From contig CAWGVG010000016.1 in the NCBI GenBank assembly GCA_963825865.1, forward strand, positions 1 to 27,213: a DNA stretch of 27,213 bases. The letters are read 5' to 3'. A model generated the notes under the pieces. It was given only the letters and a program-made list of their open reading frames with translations, ran no database searches and was not told the DNA's origin. A program made the position numbers and the translations under genes. Positions 22,207 to 27,213 of this stretch are shown piece after piece (within the stretch, counting starts at the first letter, position 1; every line of letters starts with the position of its first letter). The stretch is from an uncultured Nitrososphaeraceae archaeon. GTDB taxonomy: Archaea; Thermoproteota; Nitrososphaeria; Nitrososphaerales; Nitrososphaeraceae.

Positions 22207-22468
22207 ATCTTTTTAAATATCCTTACGATGATACTATTTCTCCCTCTATAGTGATTTTGTAAATGCCAATGAAGTATTATTAATATTTGTTCACATGTCT
22301 CCAGGTCTGCTTTCATTGTACCTATCAGTATCATAATTATTATTTTTTATATCATAATTATTATGTAAACCGTCCAAATTAGTCATTTTATTATTATTAG
22401 TTGATATCTCGAACCATTTTATGATACATTTTACATTAGAAATTGTATATAAACATTAACTAAATAAC

Positions 22469-22915
22469 ATGACCGTAATCAAAAGAGAAGAATATAAGTA
22501 CACTCCCAAAGAAGGCTTTATCCTCGCACACTTCTTGACCGTAGAGAATGTGAAACGATCGGCAGAGTTCTATCTTCGAATATTCGGCGGAAAAGTTGTC
22601 CGCAGGGGTGAACCCACCATTATCCAAATTGTCAACAGCTGGATCGTTTTAAACGTAGGAGGCGGCCCAACTGACGATAAGCCAACCGTGACGCTCCACA
22701 CTCCGCAGAACGCGAATGAGGCCAGCAGCTTCATGAATATTCGTGTAGCAGACATCCGGACATCTTACGACAAGTGGCAAAGGAGAGGGGCTGAATTCAT
22801 CACCGAGCCAAAGGACCATGGTCTTGAGATTCGATGCTACATGCGTGACCCTGACGGCTATATTATCGAAGTTGGGCAAACAACCGGTGGGCTGAAAGAT
22901 ATCGAGGTCGGGTAA
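22469..22915 (+). CDS. VOC / glyoxalase family protein
   Basis: HFLTV..V.RS.EFY..IFGG, NIRVADI, RGAEFITEPKD, YMRDPDGYIIEVGQ. Confidence 0.92.
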   Translation: MTVIKREEYKYTPKEGFILAHFLTVENVKRSAEFYLRIFGGKVVRRGEPTIIQIVNSWIVLNVGGGPTDDKPTVTLHTPQNANEASSFMNIRVADIRTSYDKWQRRGAEFITEPKDHGLEIRCYMRDPDGYIIEVGQTTGGLKDIEVG

Positions 22916-22993
22916 AGACGAATGGATGGAATGATTAGTTTATTATTTTCTGAAAAAGAAACAGAGTATCCTAAGTCGCACATCAGCAAAAAC

Positions 22994-23018
22994 ATCGGGT
23001 TTATTGAAATCGATAAAC
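22994..23018. repeat. R3 second copy (inverted, one arm eroded)
   Basis: ATCGGGTTTATTGAAATCGATAAAC is the reverse complement of 16778-16802 with 1 mismatch. Confidence 0.8.
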
Positions 23019-23108
23019 GTCTATTGTTATTTCATAAAGCAAAAGATTTAGGAAGAAAGCTTTTTTGTTTACGATACTTTTTTATCTCAATATGGTTATA
23101 ATTAATTT

Positions 23109-24978
23109 TTGAACGAAATGCTTTGGAATATCTTTTGTTCTTCTAGAAAGTCTTTTAAATTGGTAGTATTAGCAGTAGTATTTTTGTCTATTTTATTGAT
23201 GATATTTGGTATTGTATTTGGTTATGCTTTTGCATTTGTGTTGCCTGCTAGTTCATTTCTAAACATGGGACTTCGACTAACCCAACAATTGGAAAACACA
23301 TCAACAATGGCAACAAGACAATTGGGCGTTTCTCAGAATGATATATTTTCTGACCAAAACTCATCTGATAGGCAAGATAATGGTGATGATAGTAGCAGTA
23401 GCAACACAGTATCATTACCGCCTAACTCATCTAACTCAGACCTTGGGACAAAGTTAAAAGACACCAATAACTGGATAACAGTCAATCATGACATCTATGG
23501 TACTAGACACAGTAATCAGACTTTGATTAATAAGGAAAATGTAGCTACACTCCAAGTCAAATGGAGATTAATCAACGATGTCGAAATACAAGATCCACCT
23601 ATAATTATAGGCAACAAAGGTTACGTACAGGATTATGCTGGTACTGTTATAGCATTTGATGCTGATACCGGGGAAGTCCTATGGAAAGTTAAAGCAGGTA
23701 ATGGTCCTACAATGGGATTGACTTTCGATAAGGGAATGGTATTTGCAGCTACAGCATATAATGCTACTGTAGTTGCAATTAATGCTACAGACGGTAGAAT
23801 TATTTGGCAATCGCAAGAATTAGGTGATCCTAAAACAGGCTACAATATTCCTTCTCAACCTATAGTATGGAAAGATTATGTAATAGTAGGTTCAGCTGGC
23901 GGCGGTGATCCGTCAACTGGTATTGGAACAGTAAGAGGAAATATTACTGCTCTGAACAGTACTAATGGTGAAATAATATGGAATCTGCACACTGCTATAG
24001 GAGAATGGGTGAATCCAAGTACAGCTCCTGCTTATAATTCTGGAGCAACAGCTTGGTCTGGTGGTTCACTGGATCCGGAAACAGGAATAATATACATTCC
24101 ATTAGGAAGTCCATCACCAAACTTTAACGCAACCACAAGACAAAGTCCTAATCTATATGCAAATCATATGATAGCTGTTAACATCAGTAACGGCCGAATG
24201 ATATGGGCTACACCATTCATAGCTCATGGAACTGTTCTAAATGTCAGGGTTCCTGACACACATGATTGGGATACGTCATGGGGAAGCACATGTTAGCAAG
24301 GTTACATTTGACAATGGAACACATGCAAAAGTAGTCATAGGTCACGACAAGATGGGAAATGTCATTGCAATGGATGCAGCTACGGGAAAAGAAATATGGT
24401 GGAAAACGTTAGGAAAGCAATACAACACAGATTCAATCCCATTACCAAATGGAAGTGGCATGGTATGGTCTTATGGAGTAGATGCTTATCATGCAGTAGA
24501 TAATAATAGTAACACTCTCTTCATTACTGCTACAAATAGAGGTGTGAATTATTTTACAGATGGAATAGCTGGACATAAAATAGCTCGCTCCACACACAAT
24601 AAAACAAGGACATCTTAACGGAACCATAATTGCAATGGATTTAAGAAACGGAAATATTAAGTGGCAATACCAGACAGAGTTCCCCCAAGGATTTCTCCAA
24701 TAGTTACCAACGACATTGTGTTTGCTGGTTATATTCCTTTTACAGAAAGCGCAAAGACTAAAACAAATCACACGAAAACAACAAGTTCAGGTGTGATTTT
24801 GGCATTGGACAAAGAAACTGGGCAAAAGCTATGGGAATATAATGTTAATGCTGCAATAGCTCAGGTTGGACCATCCATAGGAAATGGAATGCTATTTGTA
24901 CCAACTGATAAAATCCAAGTACAGTCTAAAGACACACCTCGAGGAGAAGGGTCCATAGTTGCATTTGAACTGCCATAG
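23109..24978 (+). CDS. secreted PQQ-binding beta-propeller (PQQ dehydrogenase-like), three frameshifts
   Basis: W..N.D..GTRHS.QT.INKENV.TL..KW, repeated A.DA.TG...W motifs, GSPSPNF, HDWD; shifts near 24290, 24586 and 24684. Confidence 0.85.
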
Positions 24979-25140
24979 ATAAGTAGCAATAGCGAGGTAA
25001 ACATGAACTTTACATCAAGACCACTATCTTTGTATCATTAAAAGGAAGCTTACTACAACACTATACCTTAAGCTAAATGCTGATTTGTTAGAGTTTCAGA
25101 ATAGGTAGTGAATGAATTATGAAGCCTCTTGCAAGATTAG

Positions 25141-25335
25141 ATGCTGCAAGGGAACTTATTGAATTTGAAGATAAGCGTCTACCAGAGAAAAAGAACTAAA
25201 ACTGAAATAGCTGCAATAAAATTCAAACATATCATGGCTAAAGTGGGACAAGAGACAGCAAAAGCATCGCGTGATATAATAGTAAATATTGCCAGCGAGA
25301 CAGCCAAGAAAATTCTTCTTGGGCAAAACACATAG
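25141..25335 (+). pseudogene. C-terminal fragment resembling DUF2321
   Basis: KTEIAAIKFK.IM.KVG......RDIIVNIASETAKKILLG. Confidence 0.55.
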
Positions 25336-25748
25336 CTAAAAAAGAATGGGTTGTGGTACCAAACAAGAGCGGAGGACTAGACTAGCTGATGATGGATTTT
25401 GCAAAGATGGTAAGTATTAACAACTTTATTGAAATGCTTCATAGAGGGGAATGCATGATTGATTCCAAGGCCAACGATATATCATATGATAATGAAAAGA
25501 CCTTAGCTGAGTTTATAAATTATGCATTACAAATTTATTCAAACAAATTCCAAATGAATAATATTCTTTCACTATCTTCTTGTATACAGGTGCAGACTTC
25601 TACTCCAGCTCTATATATTGAATCGGTTTTAGCCAACAAATCAATCAACTTGAGTAAGACTTGACTTTTGTTAAAGGAATACTTACGTAGTAGTAGCTAC
25701 TCATCGTCATATATTCAAAACATACATAACTACGATAATAATTTGTCT

Positions 25749-26734
25749 TCATTTAATTATTTCAAAAGATTCGATCATCTTTTGTGCAATTGGTAAGTAA
25801 TTTGAGAATTTCGCTGCCGGCTGCAGTATAGTCAACAAAGTATCCCTTATCACCTATTACCGTTGCAATTTCAATTGAATTTCGTATTCCGTATGTAGGA
25901 TGAGTGTATGTCCATACTACTGTATACGCACGGTTACCAGCAAGACTATTGTTTGTATCATATCTGATGAGATTAAAGCCAGGAAAACCTGTTGAATTCT
26001 TATGGTCAAGTGATCTGTTAAGATAATCATTTATATTTACTGCAGGTGGTTGTGGAAACTCTTTAGTTACATTATCCACTCCTATACGAAAAAATGGAAG
26101 TCCATTGTTTACATCGGGCAGATAGAATGAAGCAATTTGAATTCCTCCTGCTCCCGTAGGATAATCATTGCCTTCCACAATCCAATTATGCAGATATTGT
26201 ATTTTTATTCCAGATTTAGAATTTGTATATGTCAAAAAAGTCCCGTTAGGGATATGAGCAACAACAGTAGCAGCAGTTTTGTTGATAGCATTTGGTAATG
26301 GTAGCATGGTCAATAGATCTCTTCCAAGCTGTTGATCTGCTAAATTAAGATATACAGCTGCTTTGTTAGGATCGCCATTATCTAATGATTGAATGACGTC
26401 TTTTACAAGTAATAAAGTCGACAATGAGTGAAGTGGAAAATAAAGATTTCCTGTACCTAACGATAATAATTCTTGCTCAGCTGATCTTAGATGTGTAATT
26501 GTCTTATTGATATTGCCACTCTGTAATTGTTGAATGGAATTATCTATAAACACTTTTGCCAAATCAGGTGAAGCAATCATTGTTGTTGTTGATGTTTGAG
26601 CAGACAGGAGCAGCAGCAGCAGCTTGAACATAAATGCTATATTCAAATGGCACTCGCAATGATGGCAATAACAAAATAGCAACTATGATGAGGATTATAA
26701 AACAGAGCAAAATCTGAAATGATATGATTCGCAC
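25749..26734 (-). CDS. secreted PsbP-like domain protein (frameshifts near 26602 and 25818)
   Basis: Reconstructed signal MRIISFQILLCFIILIIVAILLLP; FLTYTNSKSGIKIQY..NW, LAGNRAY, IGDKGYFVDY, corrected end FSNYLPIAQKMIESFEIIK*. Confidence 0.8.
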
Positions 26735-27213
26735 TATTTCTTAATAAAGAATATATAATTTAAAAAGATATAAAGGCAGTTGCGTTCCCACAGCCTAGAT
26801 GTGGGTTTGTGAAGTGTATGATGCTCTCTTGCTTTGTGGCCTAGAATTATTCAATGGTCAAATCAAAAATGTAAAAAAGGTGGTGAAGTATGTGACCAAG
26901 TCACAGTCACACGTAGAAAGTCGTTTGACCCCCTCCGACTTAAATCACTACCTGCCTCGATTGGTTTTCAGTTTGTATATGTCACAAACCACTAGTTATA
27001 GACACGTGGCAGTAATAATATTCAGTTCAAGGCCTCTTTTCGTATTACTCTTTTTCTGAATAGGAGGAAGATGATTATCTTTGACTAGGGAAACTGTATT
27101 GATGATAATCACGTCACATTCTAAGATATGCTAGATGTAAACATTGACAGAGTGCTACTAACAAGGCTGGTACTTTTGGTTTCATTGTTTTTTGGATTCT
27201 GTATAGACATATT

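Noticed and set aside
10398-23018. CRISPR array
   Set aside because: Repeats are kilobases apart with no regular spacers, and no cas genes are present.
1854-24978. Programmed frameshifting or stop readthrough
   Set aside because: No consistent slippery sites; the shifts look like sequencing indels or decay.
25389-27059. ORFs 25389-25664 and 26799-27059 (also 8624-8818 and 18213-18452)
   Set aside because: No recognisable motifs or supporting context; not called as features.

Overview
AT-rich accessory region, most likely from a soil ammonia-oxidising archaeon (Nitrososphaeraceae). The taxon is inferred from gene content: F420-type LLM oxidoreductase, cupredoxin, PsbP-like and PQQ-propeller secreted proteins, archaeal Hsp20, and Thr/Asn/Gln homopolymer tracts. 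The window is a mosaic of stress and redox genes (phosphoesterase/PLC, CoA-disulfide reductase, Hsp20, HdeD, GYD, Usp fragments, NDH-2-like, LLM, DUF2382+KGG, receiver domain, VOC), gene remnants and mobile-element debris. One intact IS5-family element (8924-9973, ATT target duplication) interrupts a reconstructable secreted-protein gene. A probable IS6-like remnant truncates a patatin gene. The most unusual signal is non-coding: several dispersed palindromic repeat families lie between the genes, including an 18-bp palindrome fused to a dif-like site with a perfect TTATGTTAAAT arm. This hints at recombinase-mediated cassette assembly, but no recombinase is encoded in the window. Many genes are frameshifted, and five +1 insertions fall in reconstructed GCNGC sites, suggesting methylation-linked sequencing errors rather than true decay. 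All family assignments are from motif recognition, not database searches.
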